Assembly: GCA_052034935.1 (NCBI GenBank) | Contig: JBPOIB010000003.1 | Location: 34,407 to 98,406, forward strand | Reading direction: 5' to 3' | DNA: 64,000 nt | Source of the DNA: Candidatus Moraniibacteriota bacterium | Lineage (GTDB): Bacteria; Patescibacteriota; Minisyncoccia; Moranbacterales; UBA1568 | Shown: one piece after another, positions 35,846-46,776 of the stretch | Position numbering within the stretch: position 1 is the first letter of the stretch | Layout: every line of letters starts with the position of its first letter | Program-made: the position numbers and the translations under genes | The notes under the pieces: model-generated | Databases searched by the model: none | Told to the model about the DNA's origin: nothing | The model's input: the letters and a program-made list of their open reading frames with translations, nothing else

Positions 35846-36343
35846 TTAGATGAGGAAACGCTTCTTGTTTTCGGAGAGATTCAGGAAGCTATCCGCTTTT
35901 TCGATAAGTTTCGCACTCGCTGATTCCGCAAAGGCGAGTACTTCCACCCGGCACCCGAAGGTATTCTGAAGATACTCGACGAGATGGATATAGTCGCCAT
36001 CACCCGAAACGAGTACGATGACATCGACTTTCGCCGCCATTTTGACCGCGTCGATCGCGATACCTACGTCCCAGTCACCTTTCCGCGATCCGTCTGGAAA
36101 AATCTGGAGATCCTTGGTCATCACATCATAGCCACTTTTGGTGAGCGCCTCGAAGAATTTCTCCTCCATTCCTTCTGTCGTCTTGATACCATAAGCCAAG
36201 GCGCGGATAAGTTTCCGGTCGTTCACTCCCGCCTCGAGGACAGTTTTGAAATTCACTTTTTTGCTGTACAGCACGCGCGCACTGTAGTAGAGATTCTGGA
36301 TGTCGACGAGGACACCAACTCTCTGGTCACTGAAATTTGCCAT
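35846..36343 (-). CDS. NYN domain protein (LabA-like)
   Basis: VDIQNLY, KGDWDV and VSGDGDY motifs. Confidence 0.88.
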   Translation of the reverse strand: MANFSDQRVGVLVDIQNLYYSARVLYSKKVNFKTVLEAGVNDRKLIRALAYGIKTTEGMEEKFFEALTKSGYDVMTKDLQIFPDGSRKGDWDVGIAIDAVKMAAKVDVIVLVSGDGDYIHLVEYLQNTFGCRVEVLAFAESASAKLIEKADSFLNLSENKKRFLI

Positions 36344-36404
36344 AAAAGAGTTCGCTGGTTTATAAATGCGGAAACGGAAACCGCCACTTGCGTGGCGGAA
36401 AAAC

Positions 36405-36668
36405 TTAGAGTCCGAGTTTCTTCACGAGCGCTTTCTGAGCCTTCTCGTTCACCTTTTCGAGGTAGGCGAGAAGTTTCTTCCGCTTCGAGACCATCTTGAG
36501 AAGGCCACGGCGTGAATGAAAGTCTTTCTTATTCTTTTTCAAATGCGTGGTGAGCCGCTTGATCTGCTCCGTGAAAAGGGCAATCTGGTACTCCGGAGAA
36601 CCGGTATCCGAATCATGCCGTTTCACATCCACTGTCACTTTCTCCTTTTGCTTGTGCGAGAGCGCCAT
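36405..36668 (-). CDS. rpsO: 30S ribosomal protein S15
   Basis: DTGSPEYQIA and KDFHSRRGLLKMV motifs. Confidence 0.97.
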   Translation of the reverse strand: MALSHKQKEKVTVDVKRHDSDTGSPEYQIALFTEQIKRLTTHLKKNKKDFHSRRGLLKMVSKRKKLLAYLEKVNEKAQKALVKKLGL

Positions 36669-36679
36669 AGCATCTTGTC

Positions 36680-36725
36680 AGCAATAGACTCGTCCTGTCG
36701 GTGCTCTGACGGACCAATCTACGCT
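36680..36725 (-). promoter_or_regulatory. Candidate S15 autoregulatory leader hairpin
   Basis: AGCGTAGAT-GTCC-GTC / GAC-GGAC-GTCTATTGCT nested stem ending 12 nt before the rpsO ATG. Confidence 0.5.
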
Positions 36726-36882
36726 CAATGTATAAAAATTACTTCACCAGTGTAACACGCTTTCTCTCTTCTAGCAAGTCTCAACACCATTTTGACAATT
36801 TCACAAAGCGTTGGTTTAATAAAGCGTCCTTGAAACATCGGGACAAGATCTTTGTTTTCAGTGGCTCAAACTGGAGGATGCC

Positions 36883-37176
36883 ATGCCCCAAGAGATAGAC
36901 CAAGTGCAGTCCAATTCGACTGCTCTTCCCATCGGAGAATTTCGCTTGCTCACACCCCCGGCGGAGGTGGATCGCGCCTATCAGGATGATCGCGAAATCG
37001 AGCTTGAATTCGACGACGGGGAAGCCCATCGCCGAGTGAAAGCCGTCTTTCCTTTCTACGACCTGGTGGATGGCTATCGTGGCCGCACAGCCGATCCGGT
37101 CGGCTTCGCTCTCCAGGTGGTCTGGAGGACTAAGGGAGTCCAGTACATCATCATCCGAACCAAGAGCGGTCATTAA
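36883..37176 (+). CDS. Hypothetical protein (accessory-looking)
   Basis: 97 aa; strong SD GGAGGA; followed by a hairpin terminator at ~37210-37250. Confidence 0.6.
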   Translation: MPQEIDQVQSNSTALPIGEFRLLTPPAEVDRAYQDDREIELEFDDGEAHRRVKAVFPFYDLVDGYRGRTADPVGFALQVVWRTKGVQYIIIRTKSGH

Positions 37177-37267
37177 AACCGCCAGAAGAAAGTCTCAGTA
37201 GAACAAAGAGAACGGCCTCGGCGCGAAATAGCGCGAGGCCGTCTTTCTTTTACTTCAGAAGTCACCG

Positions 37268-39718
37268 TTAGAGAAGCGTGAAGGCGCCGACTCGATCGCC
37301 AGATTGTGGCCGCATAACACGCACACCCTGAGTAACGCGTGAGAGGAGAGGTACTGACGCGAACGGAACCCGGATGATGATGCCCTTTTCCGAAGTCACC
37401 AGCATATCGAGCTCAGCATCAGTTTCGCTTGTAATGTGGGCGCCGACGAGCTTGCCGGTTTTGGTCGTCACATTCATCGTCTTAATTCCCGATCCGCCGC
37501 GCTTCTGAATCTTGTAGTGTTTCAAGTCACTCCGCTTGCCGTAGCCATTTTCGGAAAGGATAAGGAGTTCGCGGTCAGCGGCACCCTTTGCGACGACATC
37601 CATTGCGACGACATGGTCTCCCGTGCGAAGTTTAATCCCCCGAACACCGGCCGCACTTCGTCCCATGGCCCGCACATCGCCCTCCTTGAAACGGATTGCT
37701 TGTCCACCCTCGGTCGTAATGATCACCTCATCACTTCCTGTCGTCGGTGCGACCCAATTGAGAGTATCGCCCTTCTCGAGATTAATCGCGAGGAGACCAG
37801 AGCGACGGACATTGGCAAAGTCTTCGAGTTTGGACTTCTTGACCGTACCGTCAGTCGTCGCCATGAAGAGAAATTTCGCACCATCATTCGTCCCGAAAGA
37901 AATCATCGCCGTAATTTTCTCCTCATTCGAGAGCTGAAGGAAATTCACGATTGCCTGGCCTTTCGCGGTGCGCGATGACTCCGGTATCTCATAGGCTTTC
38001 GTCTGAAACACTTTTCCCGTATCAGTGAAGAACATCAGGTTGTCATGTGTCGCGATCGTAAGCACCTTCGCAATCTTATCTTCTTCCTTCGTCGTCGCAC
38101 CGATAACTCCTTTGCCGCCGCGCTTCTGGACACGGTAGACACTCGGATTCATCCGTTTGATATAGCCATCGTCAGTGAGCGTAATGATCGCTTCTTCGTT
38201 CGGGATGAGATCCTCCTGGCGGAATTCGCCGATACCATTCCGCATCACTCTTGTCTTGCGCTCATCGCCGAACTTATCACGGACTTCAACGAGCTCAGTT
38301 TTCACAAGGGCGAGAATCTTTTTCTTGTGTTTCAAAAGATCTTCGAGATAGGCGATAAGTTTCAGTTTTTCCGCGAGTTCATCCTCGATCTTCTTTCGTT
38401 CGAGTCCAGCCAAGGTCTGCAGCCGCATCTCAAGGATTGCTGTCGTCTGCCTATCGGACAACTTGAACTTCTTCATGAGATTCGCGTGTGCCTCCTCTTT
38501 CGTCGGCGACTGTTTGATCACCTTGATGATTTCATCGATATGATCGAGGGCGATTTTCAAGCCCTCCAGGATATGGGCGCGATCCTTTGCCTTCTGCAGC
38601 TCGTATTCGCTTCGTCTCGTCACTACTCGCTCGCGATGAACGATATAGTGTTCGAGGATCGACTTCAGATTGAGAATCTGCGGGTCAACGCCGTCGACGA
38701 GCGCCAGCATGTTCACGTTAAAGTTCTTCTGGAGATCAGTGAGGGTAAAGAGCTTGTTCAAAACTTTCTGTGGGAAAGCGTCCTTCTTTAGCTCGATCAC
38801 GATGCGCACGCCGTCTTTGTCAGATTCGTCGCGCAAATCTTTGATCCCTTGAATCTTGTCTTCCTTGACGAGATCGGCGATTTTTTCGATAAGAGTTGCC
38901 TTATTCGTCGCATACGTCATCTCGGACACGATAATCTGGAACTGCCCTGACTTATTCTCGACGATTTCCGTCACCGCGCGTGCAGTAATGGGTCCGCGCC
39001 CGGTGGCATAGGTCTCGCGAATTTCTTTCGCATTATAAATAATTCCGCCTGTCGGGAAATCTGGACCCTTGATGAATTTCATGAGGTCATCGACATCGCA
39101 CTCCGGATTATCAATCTGAAAGCAGATTGCATCGACGAGTTCGTTCAAATTGTGCGGTGCGATATTCGACGCCATGCCGACGGCGATACCGACCGTTCCA
39201 TTCAAAAGGAGCTGCGGCAGCTTCGCTGGAAGCACAACCGGCTCCTCGTGCACGCCGTCGAAGTTCGGAATGAAATCGACCGTGTCTTTCTCGATATCGA
39301 CGAGCATCTCTTCGGCGATCGCCTTGAGCTTCGCTTCGGTATACCGATAGGCCGCCGCACGGTCACCGTCCATCGAGCCAAAGTTTCCCTGTCCCCAGAT
39401 GAGCGGGTAACGGAGCGAGAAATCCTGCGCCATACGAACCATCGTGTCGTACACCGCCGTATCACCATGCGGATGGTATTTTCCGAGCACTTCACCGACC
39501 ACCGTCGCCGACTTGCGGAACTTCGCCGTCGAGCGGAGACCGGTCGACCACATTGAGTAGAGGATGCGGCGATGCACTGGCTTCAGACCGTCGCGCACGT
39601 CCGGCAAGGCACGGCCAACGATGACTGACATCGCATAGTCGAGATACGATTGCTTAACCTCGTCGGAGATATTCCGCGCCTCGATTTTTCCACCGTGAAA
39701 TTCGTTCTTTTCGGCCAT
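37268..39718 (-). CDS. gyrA: DNA gyrase subunit A
   Basis: [14 protein letters not shown] and GyrA-box QKRGGKG. Confidence 0.97.
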   Translation of the reverse strand: MAEKNEFHGGKIEARNISDEVKQSYLDYAMSVIVGRALPDVRDGLKPVHRRILYSMWSTGLRSTAKFRKSATVVGEVLGKYHPHGDTAVYDTMVRMAQDFSLRYPLIWGQGNFGSMDGDRAAAYRYTEAKLKAIAEEMLVDIEKDTVDFIPNFDGVHEEPVVLPAKLPQLLLNGTVGIAVGMASNIAPHNLNELVDAICFQIDNPECDVDDLMKFIKGPDFPTGGIIYNAKEIRETYATGRGPITARAVTEIVENKSGQFQIIVSEMTYATNKATLIEKIADLVKEDKIQGIKDLRDESDKDGVRIVIELKKDAFPQKVLNKLFTLTDLQKNFNVNMLALVDGVDPQILNLKSILEHYIVHRERVVTRRSEYELQKAKDRAHILEGLKIALDHIDEIIKVIKQSPTKEEAHANLMKKFKLSDRQTTAILEMRLQTLAGLERKKIEDELAEKLKLIAYLEDLLKHKKKILALVKTELVEVRDKFGDERKTRVMRNGIGEFRQEDLIPNEEAIITLTDDGYIKRMNPSVYRVQKRGGKGVIGATTKEEDKIAKVLTIATHDNLMFFTDTGKVFQTKAYEIPESSRTAKGQAIVNFLQLSNEEKITAMISFGTNDGAKFLFMATTDGTVKKSKLEDFANVRRSGLLAINLEKGDTLNWVAPTTGSDEVIITTEGGQAIRFKEGDVRAMGRSAAGVRGIKLRTGDHVVAMDVVAKGAADRELLILSENGYGKRSDLKHYKIQKRGGSGIKTMNVTTKTGKLVGAHITSETDAELDMLVTSEKGIIIRVPFASVPLLSRVTQGVRVMRPQSGDRVGAFTLL

Positions 39719-39723
39719 AGTAT

Positions 39724-40143
39724 TTAAGGTAGTGTCAGCATTGGAATATTTTGCATCGCAGGATCAGTCTCTGACTCTTCTTTCACCTCTTCCCCCTTCG
39801 GTCTTATGCCCTCGTCATCGGGATCAAGCCTGGTTCGATTTTCACCCTGCTCGCGCAGGAACTCCTCGCCTGATTTGGGTTGAACCGCTTCAAACTTCCC
39901 TTCACCAGAAAGGATTTGATCAAGCGAAAAATCGGATGACTTCGGCAAGATACCACCCGTTGCTTTGGTAGTCTCGGCGATATCGCTCGGATTCATCTTT
40001 TTGAAACTTTCCGTAACCGTGAGAGACCACACGATCACCACGAAAAACATTGAAGTCGCTACACAGCCAACCATATACCGCTGACGGATATTTTCCGGCT
40101 TCGCCTTCACCTGTTCAATCCAGTTTTGAACATTGAAACTCAT
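39724..40143 (-). CDS. Single-TM hypothetical protein
   Basis: KPENIRQR followed by a TM helix. Confidence 0.65.
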   Translation of the reverse strand: MSFNVQNWIEQVKAKPENIRQRYMVGCVATSMFFVVIVWSLTVTESFKKMNPSDIAETTKATGGILPKSSDFSLDQILSGEGKFEAVQPKSGEEFLREQGENRTRLDPDDEGIRPKGEEVKEESETDPAMQNIPMLTLP

Positions 40144-40147
40144 AATC

Positions 40148-40807
40148 CTAGTCTTTGGACAAAAGCACCACTTCCATATTCTTTCCTTCCAGATCTTTTT
40201 TCTTTACATTCCATTTCGCGATCGTTTCTTTCGGGCAATTCCCGATCGCTTTACAAAAAGGCTTTTCATCTGGCAATTCCGTCGTCATGCCAGCAATCTT
40301 ATAGTGCATCGGAATGACGGTTTTTGGCTCGATTTTGCGGACAAGCTCATCGACTGAATCCGGGGGAATGGTATCTTTTCCACCGACTGGAACGAAAAGG
40401 ATATCGATTCCTGACAGCCGCTCAACGACATCCGGCGCCAGCTCATCACCGAGACTGCCCAAGAAAGCGAGTCGTAATTCTTCGGTTTCAATGAGAAAAA
40501 TGGTGTTCTGCCCCCGTTTAACTCCTTTTTCCGTGTCGCGGGCACTTGGAAAACCGAGCACGGCGACTCCTTTGGCTGAATATTCCCCCGGAGCAAAGAT
40601 CTTAACCGGTTCACCCTTAATGACCGCAAGCTCTTCTGCTTCAGGCGACTGGTGTGAAAGAAGGACAATCTGTGCCTCGCCCTGAGGCGTACGGAGGCCG
40701 AGGCCTTTCTCCGGAGTATCGGTGATAATTACCACATCCTCAGTTGCCCGGCCGTTTGGTTTAGTTGTGATTTTGAAGCAGTAGTCGCCGTAATACTGGA
40801 TATTCAT
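40148..40807 (-). CDS. MBL-fold metallo-hydrolase-like protein
   Basis: PGEY..KGV, DILFVPVGG and VIPMHY; metal-binding motif looks degenerate. Confidence 0.8.
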   Translation of the reverse strand: MNIQYYGDYCFKITTKPNGRATEDVVIITDTPEKGLGLRTPQGEAQIVLLSHQSPEAEELAVIKGEPVKIFAPGEYSAKGVAVLGFPSARDTEKGVKRGQNTIFLIETEELRLAFLGSLGDELAPDVVERLSGIDILFVPVGGKDTIPPDSVDELVRKIEPKTVIPMHYKIAGMTTELPDEKPFCKAIGNCPKETIAKWNVKKKDLEGKNMEVVLLSKD

Positions 40808-40897
40808 AGGGAAAATAGTCGATTTGATCGAAACGAGTATGCTCATCGTAGCAGGATTTTACCCCTCCGACAAGCCTTATTTCACTGAAAATACCTA

Positions 40898-41049
40898 TTG
40901 ACAAATACAGTAATAGTAGATAAAATATTCTTACTTATTCTATTTTTCAGGACTGCTTACTCAATAATCTATATCTCCTTGAGCCGGGTCTTTACCGCTT
41001 TCCAAAAAGCCTTTCTGGACTTGCCAGAAGTGGGCTTCCCTGCTAAACT
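40898..41049 (+). promoter_or_regulatory. Tandem sigma70-like promoters upstream of rpsA
   Basis: TTGACA-N17-TAAAAT (40898-40926) and TTGCCA-N17-TAAACT (41021-41049). Confidence 0.6.
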
Positions 41050-41215
41050 AGGGTCACCTTAATTTCCGTTAAGACAACTGAATACGGGATGATTCAATCC
41101 TGATTGAGAAGCGGTTTCTCCTGTTTTTCTTCTCTTTTGACGATTTTTTCACCCCACATTCTCGGGGTTTTAATTTTTTACCAGAGACCACCCCGGCTCT
41201 AAACACTCTGTTTCT

Positions 41216-42349
41216 ATGACCATGACGAATAACATGACCGACCTGAAGCTCAAAAGCAACATGTCGGAACTCGAACAGCTCTATGAAACCCACTCCGCTT
41301 CCATACCGGAAGTCGGTGAAGTGGTACCCGGCACCGTAATCCATGTTGGTTCAAGCTCAGCCTTGGTCGACCTCGGCCCACTCGGGACCGGTATCGTCCT
41401 CGGCAAAGAAATGAAAGACGGCCTCGGCGGCGGTGTGAAGCTCCGTCTCGGAGACACCGTCCAAGCCACTCTCATGAGCTATGAGAACGAGGACGGCATG
41501 ATTGAGCTCTCAATCCGCGAAGCCTCGCACGACAAGAGCTGGGAAGACATCGACAATAAGCTCAAGAATAAGGAAGTGGTTGAGACCAAAGTGAGCGATG
41601 CCAACAAGGGCGGTCTCATGATAGAAGTGAATGGCATCCCAGGTTTCCTCCCGGTTTCACAGCTCGCGAGCGAGCATTATCCACGTGTCGAAGACGGCGA
41701 CAAGAACAAAATCCTCGACCTTTTGAAGAAGCTCGTGGGCGAAACCCTGACGGTTCGTATCCTCGATGCCGACCGTGAGGGAGAGAAGCTCATCGTCTCT
41801 GAAAAGGCGGCTCAAAGCGAAAAGGAAAAAGAATTCCTCAACCTGCTCCATGTTGGCGACACTATCAAAGGTACTATTTCCGGAGTCGTTGATTTCGGTG
41901 CGTTCGTGAAGTTCGCCCTTCCGGGTGAAAATGCCGACAAGCGTCTCGAGGGTCTCGTTCATATTTCCGAGCTCGCTTGGCAGCTCATCGATGATCCACG
42001 TGAAATCGTGAAAACCGGTGACGCAGTGCAGGCCAAAATCATCGGCATCGATGACAACCGCATCTCCCTTTCCATGAAAGCCCTCAAGGCTGATCCCTGG
42101 GAGAATGTCGCAACTCGTTACAAGGTCGGCGACGAAGTCTCGGGTACCGTCGACAAGATGAATCACTTCGGTGCCTTCGTCTATCTCGACAAAGACATCC
42201 ACGGCTTGGCCCATGTCTCGGAATTCTCCGATATTTACCCGGGTCGAAAAATGGAAGAAGTCTTCGAGGCCGGCAAGACTTACAGCTGGAAGATCCTCTC
42301 GATCGAACCGCGCAGCCACCGACTCGGACTCCTCCCCGTCAAGAAGTAA
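41216..42349 (+). CDS. rpsA: 30S ribosomal protein S1 (four S1 domains)
   Basis: NKGGL, GFLPVSQL, DFGAFV, EGLVHISEL and HFGAFV repeats. Confidence 0.9.
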   Translation: MTMTNNMTDLKLKSNMSELEQLYETHSASIPEVGEVVPGTVIHVGSSSALVDLGPLGTGIVLGKEMKDGLGGGVKLRLGDTVQATLMSYENEDGMIELSIREASHDKSWEDIDNKLKNKEVVETKVSDANKGGLMIEVNGIPGFLPVSQLASEHYPRVEDGDKNKILDLLKKLVGETLTVRILDADREGEKLIVSEKAAQSEKEKEFLNLLHVGDTIKGTISGVVDFGAFVKFALPGENADKRLEGLVHISELAWQLIDDPREIVKTGDAVQAKIIGIDDNRISLSMKALKADPWENVATRYKVGDEVSGTVDKMNHFGAFVYLDKDIHGLAHVSEFSDIYPGRKMEEVFEAGKTYSWKILSIEPRSHRLGLLPVKK

Positions 42350-42410
42350 TGTGCCGCCGCGCCCCTCGATTGAGGGGCGCTTTCGTAAACAGATGTGCAA
42401 ATAACAAATC

Positions 42411-42974
42411 ATGAAAAACGTCTTCATCATTTCTGGAGCGGCTGGTTCGGGCAAGGACTCCCTTATTGAAAAACTCGCTGAGCAGCTTCCGCTCGAGCGT
42501 ATTGTGACAACGACGACTCGACCCATGCGCCCATCTGAAAAAGAAGGGCACCCTTACTACTTCATTACCCCCGAAGAATTTAAGTGGAAAATTACTGCCG
42601 GTGAATTCATTGAGCACTCCGTGAATGAGAACGGCGGATTTTATGGCGTAACGAAAGCGGAACTTGAACGCGTGACGAACCGCGGGGGTATTGCCATCGT
42701 CCGAGTAGATTGGAAAGGTGTCGTTTCGATCAAGCAGCTTTTCCCTGATATCCCGGCTATATACATTTCCGCTCCGATTGAAATCCTCGAGGCTCGCCTC
42801 AGAGCGCGTGATAAAGATAAGGATGAGAGGTATTTTCAAGAGCGTATGGACTACACGCGCGAGTGGCTCAAGCATCTCAATATCTATGACTACACAATTG
42901 AAAACGAAGAAGGCAAGCTCGAACAAGCGGTTAAGCAGGCCAAGGCAATCATCGAGTCCCGCCTCGAAAAATAA
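42411..42974 (+). CDS. gmk: Guanylate kinase
   Basis: SGAAGSGKD and TTTRPMRPSE.EG.PYYF motifs. Confidence 0.9.
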   Translation: MKNVFIISGAAGSGKDSLIEKLAEQLPLERIVTTTTRPMRPSEKEGHPYYFITPEEFKWKITAGEFIEHSVNENGGFYGVTKAELERVTNRGGIAIVRVDWKGVVSIKQLFPDIPAIYISAPIEILEARLRARDKDKDERYFQERMDYTREWLKHLNIYDYTIENEEGKLEQAVKQAKAIIESRLEK

Positions 42975-43698
42975 TTTTTTCCGAGAGCTTGCTGCGACGC
43001 ACGCTGGTCTTGTTTTCGTACGGCGCTTTCAGAATGCGATTGCCAAAGGAAAGACTCTTCCACGCGGCTCGAAAATTGTCGTCGCTGTTTCGGGTGGCCC
43101 CGACAGCATGACGCTCCTCACGCTCCTCACCCGGCTCCAAACAAAGCACGGCTTCGCGCTCCATGTCGCCCACGTGAACTATCACTTACGTGGTAAAGAT
43201 GCCGATCGCGACGAGCTCTTGGTGAAACAGACATGCATCAATTATGGATTGCCACTTTCGGTTCTGCATCCGAAACACAAGCCGACAAAAAACATCGAGG
43301 CTGCTCTCCGTGAGATTCGCTACCGCTTTTTCGAGCGCCTTCGAAAAAAATTAGACTTCGATGTAATTGTCACGGCGCATACGATGAATGATGTCGCCGA
43401 GACCGTTCTCCTAAATCTCATCCGCGGATCGGGACTCGCAGGATTGTCACCGTTCCAGCGCGCTCACTCGAACATCATCCGTCCTCTTCTCTCTTTCACT
43501 CGGGCTGAAATCGAAGCCTTTCTCGAATGTGAAGAAACTCCCTCGCGGCAGGACAAGAGTAACCAGTCCAAACGCTTCACTCGAAATCGGATTCGTCACG
43601 AGCTTCTTCCGCTGCTCGAAACATTCAATCCAAACATCGTCGCCACTCTCACAAAAACAGCCGCTATTCTCGGTCGAAAGGACACTCCGGTCTCGTAG
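42886..43698 (+). CDS. tilS: tRNA(Ile)-lysidine synthetase; start uncertain
   Basis: AVSGGPDS PP-loop, HVNYHLRG, RY.FF, TAH..ND.AET and RNRIR motifs. Confidence 0.92.
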   Translation: MTTQLKTKKASSNKRLSRPRQSSSPASKNNFFRELAATHAGLVFVRRFQNAIAKGKTLPRGSKIVVAVSGGPDSMTLLTLLTRLQTKHGFALHVAHVNYHLRGKDADRDELLVKQTCINYGLPLSVLHPKHKPTKNIEAALREIRYRFFERLRKKLDFDVIVTAHTMNDVAETVLLNLIRGSGLAGLSPFQRAHSNIIRPLLSFTRAEIEAFLECEETPSRQDKSNQSKRFTRNRIRHELLPLLETFNPNIVATLTKTAAILGRKDTPVS

Positions 43699-43830
43699 AA
43701 AGATTAAGCAGGTCGGCCGGTTGAAAAAGAAGACTTTTTATGGTAGGCTGAAGCTTGCTTTTATAGTCCTCCGGAAAACAAAGCATACCTAATTCATCGA
43801 TTTTTCCCTTAATTTCTTTGCTCAAAAAAT

Positions 43831-45678
43831 ATGGACAAGCTCATGAAAAATATTGGCCTCATCGTGTTTCTGTTCCTCATGCTCTCGGGCATCATGATAC
43901 TCTATTCGACACCCGAAAAGAAACCCGCTGATGTCTCGCTCTCCGAGCTGGTCACTCAGATAAACAATGGCGAAGTCAAAGAGATCGTCGTGACCGGCAA
44001 TGAGCTCAGTATTACGAAAACTGATGATACCAAACAAAAGGCGAGCAAGGAGCCAGAAAGCTCTCTCACCGAAACCCTCGCTAACTACAGCATCGACAAA
44101 GAGCGCTTCAAGGCTGTTTCGGTCACCGTAAAACAGGATACTGGCTTCGGCTACTGGATGTTGACGCTTCTTCCTTTTCTCCTACCATTCATCCTCATCG
44201 GTGCATTCATCTGGTTCATGATGCGCCAGGCACAGCGTGGCAATTCGCAGGCGCTTAATTTCGGCATGAGCCGCGCCCGTATCCTTGATCCCAAAGATAA
44301 AAAGAAGAAAATCACCTTCAAAGATGTCGCCGGTGCGACTGAGGCAAAGCAAGAACTCATGGAAGTCGTCGATTTTCTCCGCACGCCGAAGAAATTCCTC
44401 GCTATGGGAGCCAAGATTCCGAAGGGCGTCCTCCTCCTCGGCCCTCCAGGAACCGGTAAGACACTCATGGCGAAAGCCGTCGCTGGCGAAGCAGGAGTCC
44501 CCTTCTTCAACATCAGCGGTTCTGAGTTCGTTGAGATGTTCGTCGGTGTCGGCGCTTCCCGGGTTCGTGATCTCTTCAAACAAGCCAAAAAGAATGCTCC
44601 GGCCATCGTCTTCATCGATGAAATCGACGCCGTCGGGCGTCACCGCGGCGCGGGGTTAGGTGGCGGACATGATGAACGCGAGCAGACACTCAACCAGATA
44701 CTGGTCGAGATGGACGGTTTCGAGACCGATCTGAGCGTCATCGTTATCGCTTCAACGAACCGCCCAGATGTGCTCGATCCGGCCTTGCTCCGGCCAGGGC
44801 GGTTTGACCGCCGGGTCACTATGGATTTGCCAGATATTAATGAACGCGAGGCGATTCTGAAGATCCATGCAGCCAATAAGCCACTAGCGGAAGCGATCAA
44901 TATGCGCCGCATCGCTGAACGGACGCCCGGATTTTCCGGCGCCGATCTCGCCAATCTCGTGAACGAGGGTGCGATTCTTGCTACCCGCCGAAACATGAAA
45001 GAGATTGGATTGAAGGAACTTGCCGAGTCGATTGAAAAGGTTATCCTCGGACCGGAACGAAGAAGCCGTGTCATCAATGAGGAAGAGAAGAAAGTAGTTG
45101 CTTACCATGAAGGCGGCCACGCCCTCGTCGGTACTAGCCTTGAAAATGCCGATCCGGTCCACAAAGTCTCGATTATCTCCCGTGGACACGCCGGTGGCTA
45201 CACCATGGCTGTTCCATCCGAAGATAAGACTCTCCACACCAACCGCTACTTCCTTGATGAGCTCGCCGTCCTCTTGGGCGGCTATGCGAGCGAGAAGCTC
45301 GTTTTCGGCGACATCACTACCGGCCCATCGAATGATCTCGAACGCGCCACTGGAATGGCACGGAGTATGGTCACCCGGTACGGTATGAGCAAGCTCGGCG
45401 CCCGGACTTTCGGTAAGAAGGAAGAACTTATCTTCCTCGGTCGCGAAATGCATGAAGAGCGCAATTATTCCGAAGAAACGGCCCGTTCCATTGACTCAGA
45501 AGTCTCACGGCTCATCGATGAGGCTTTTGCCCGCGCGACCAAAATCTTGACTGAAAGGCGTGCCGTTCTCGACCGAATTGCGAATACTCTTCTCGAGAAA
45601 GAGACTATCGAAAAAGATGAATTTGAAGCGCTCGTAAAAGAGCCGGCTGTACCGACTTCGCCGACATCTGCCCTCTAA
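43831..45678 (+). CDS. ftsH: ATP-dependent Zn metalloprotease FtsH
   Basis: Two TMs; [23 protein letters not shown] and HEGGH motifs. Confidence 0.97.
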   Translation: MDKLMKNIGLIVFLFLMLSGIMILYSTPEKKPADVSLSELVTQINNGEVKEIVVTGNELSITKTDDTKQKASKEPESSLTETLANYSIDKERFKAVSVTVKQDTGFGYWMLTLLPFLLPFILIGAFIWFMMRQAQRGNSQALNFGMSRARILDPKDKKKKITFKDVAGATEAKQELMEVVDFLRTPKKFLAMGAKIPKGVLLLGPPGTGKTLMAKAVAGEAGVPFFNISGSEFVEMFVGVGASRVRDLFKQAKKNAPAIVFIDEIDAVGRHRGAGLGGGHDEREQTLNQILVEMDGFETDLSVIVIASTNRPDVLDPALLRPGRFDRRVTMDLPDINEREAILKIHAANKPLAEAINMRRIAERTPGFSGADLANLVNEGAILATRRNMKEIGLKELAESIEKVILGPERRSRVINEEEKKVVAYHEGGHALVGTSLENADPVHKVSIISRGHAGGYTMAVPSEDKTLHTNRYFLDELAVLLGGYASEKLVFGDITTGPSNDLERATGMARSMVTRYGMSKLGARTFGKKEELIFLGREMHEERNYSEETARSIDSEVSRLIDEAFARATKILTERRAVLDRIANTLLEKETIEKDEFEALVKEPAVPTSPTSAL

Positions 45679-45695
45679 GAGTTTAGACTACCGCC

Positions 45696-46586
45696 ATGCC
45701 TGAAATAGTCTCCTTCGCGTCGCTCACACGGACTGCCTTGAGGGATTTTTTCCAGAACCGATCGGTTCAATGGGTAGCTTTTCCCGTTGGATTCCTCATA
45801 GTCTCCGGGTCATTCTTCGCCTCTCAGGCAGAACGCTTGCTTGAGAGCAGCGACCCAGTGTTTCTTGTTAGCTGGATCTCTGCTGGGCCAGACTCTTCTT
45901 TTCTTTTTTTCTTAAGTCTTTCACTCGTCTGTACCCTCGCTCAATCTCCATTTCGAGGAGTCGTCATCCTTCTTCTCCAATCGGCCCACTTGAACCAGTC
46001 GGCAGAAACCCCCTTCCGACCGAAGAGGCAGGACTTTTTTCGCGTTGCCAGAAAAACATTCATCTTTGAATCCGGATTCTGGCTCTTTCTTATCGCTCTC
46101 GGTAGCATACTTTCCATCCCGAGTTTTCTCGCTTGGCGATTTAACCCAGATGCTTTCACCATCGTATCCCAGTTCGGACTCATCCTTCTCCTTACCCTCT
46201 CGTTGTATCTCTACCTCATCAAGGAACTTTCACTCCTCTACTCCCTCCTCGGCAACACAAGTCTCCCGAGCGCAATCGACCTCGGATTTCGCCTCTTCCG
46301 ACGTCATTCATTCTTAACTCTTCTCTTCTTTACCTACGCCTCCATGCTAGCGCTTGTGGGTACGCTTTCTATCAGCCTCATCGGTAGCACGCTCGATTTC
46401 TTTGGTGTACAAAATGATTTTCTCAAGAACTTTATTGCCGTACCGCTTTTCGGACTTTATTTCATTTTTGATCAGACACTCCGGCTCGCCTATTTCCGAA
46501 AAATTGCTTCGCGACCGAAATCGCCAACCGCGAAAGTAGTCGCGACAAAACCAGCCGAACCCGTCACCGGCATGCCAAACGCATAG
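45696..46586 (+). CDS. Multi-pass membrane protein
   Basis: About six hydrophobic segments. Confidence 0.6.
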   Translation: MPEIVSFASLTRTALRDFFQNRSVQWVAFPVGFLIVSGSFFASQAERLLESSDPVFLVSWISAGPDSSFLFFLSLSLVCTLAQSPFRGVVILLLQSAHLNQSAETPFRPKRQDFFRVARKTFIFESGFWLFLIALGSILSIPSFLAWRFNPDAFTIVSQFGLILLLTLSLYLYLIKELSLLYSLLGNTSLPSAIDLGFRLFRRHSFLTLLFFTYASMLALVGTLSISLIGSTLDFFGVQNDFLKNFIAVPLFGLYFIFDQTLRLAYFRKIASRPKSPTAKVVATKPAEPVTGMPNA

Positions 46587-46653
46587 TTTGCCAACCGGCG
46601 AATTCATGCTACAGTATTTTCTGTGCTGCACGATTTCTTTCCGCAAAGAAAAA

Positions 46654-46727
46654 GGACAATTAGCTCAGTTGGTTAGAGCGTCACATTGACATTGTGAAGG
46701 TCACTGGTTCGAATCCAGTATTGTCCA
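46654..46727 (+). tRNA. tRNA-Val(GAC)
   Basis: Acceptor GGACAAT/ATTGTCC; anticodon arm TCACA-TTGACAT-TGTGA; GGTTCGAATCC. Confidence 0.95.
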
Positions 46728-46730
46728 CTA

Positions 46731-46758
46731 AAAAACCCACTCTTTACGAGTGGGTTTT
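46731..46758. terminator. Bidirectional terminator
   Basis: AAAACCCACTC / GAGTGGGTTTT. Confidence 0.75.
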
Positions 46759-46776
46759 CAACTTCCGGAAATAACC

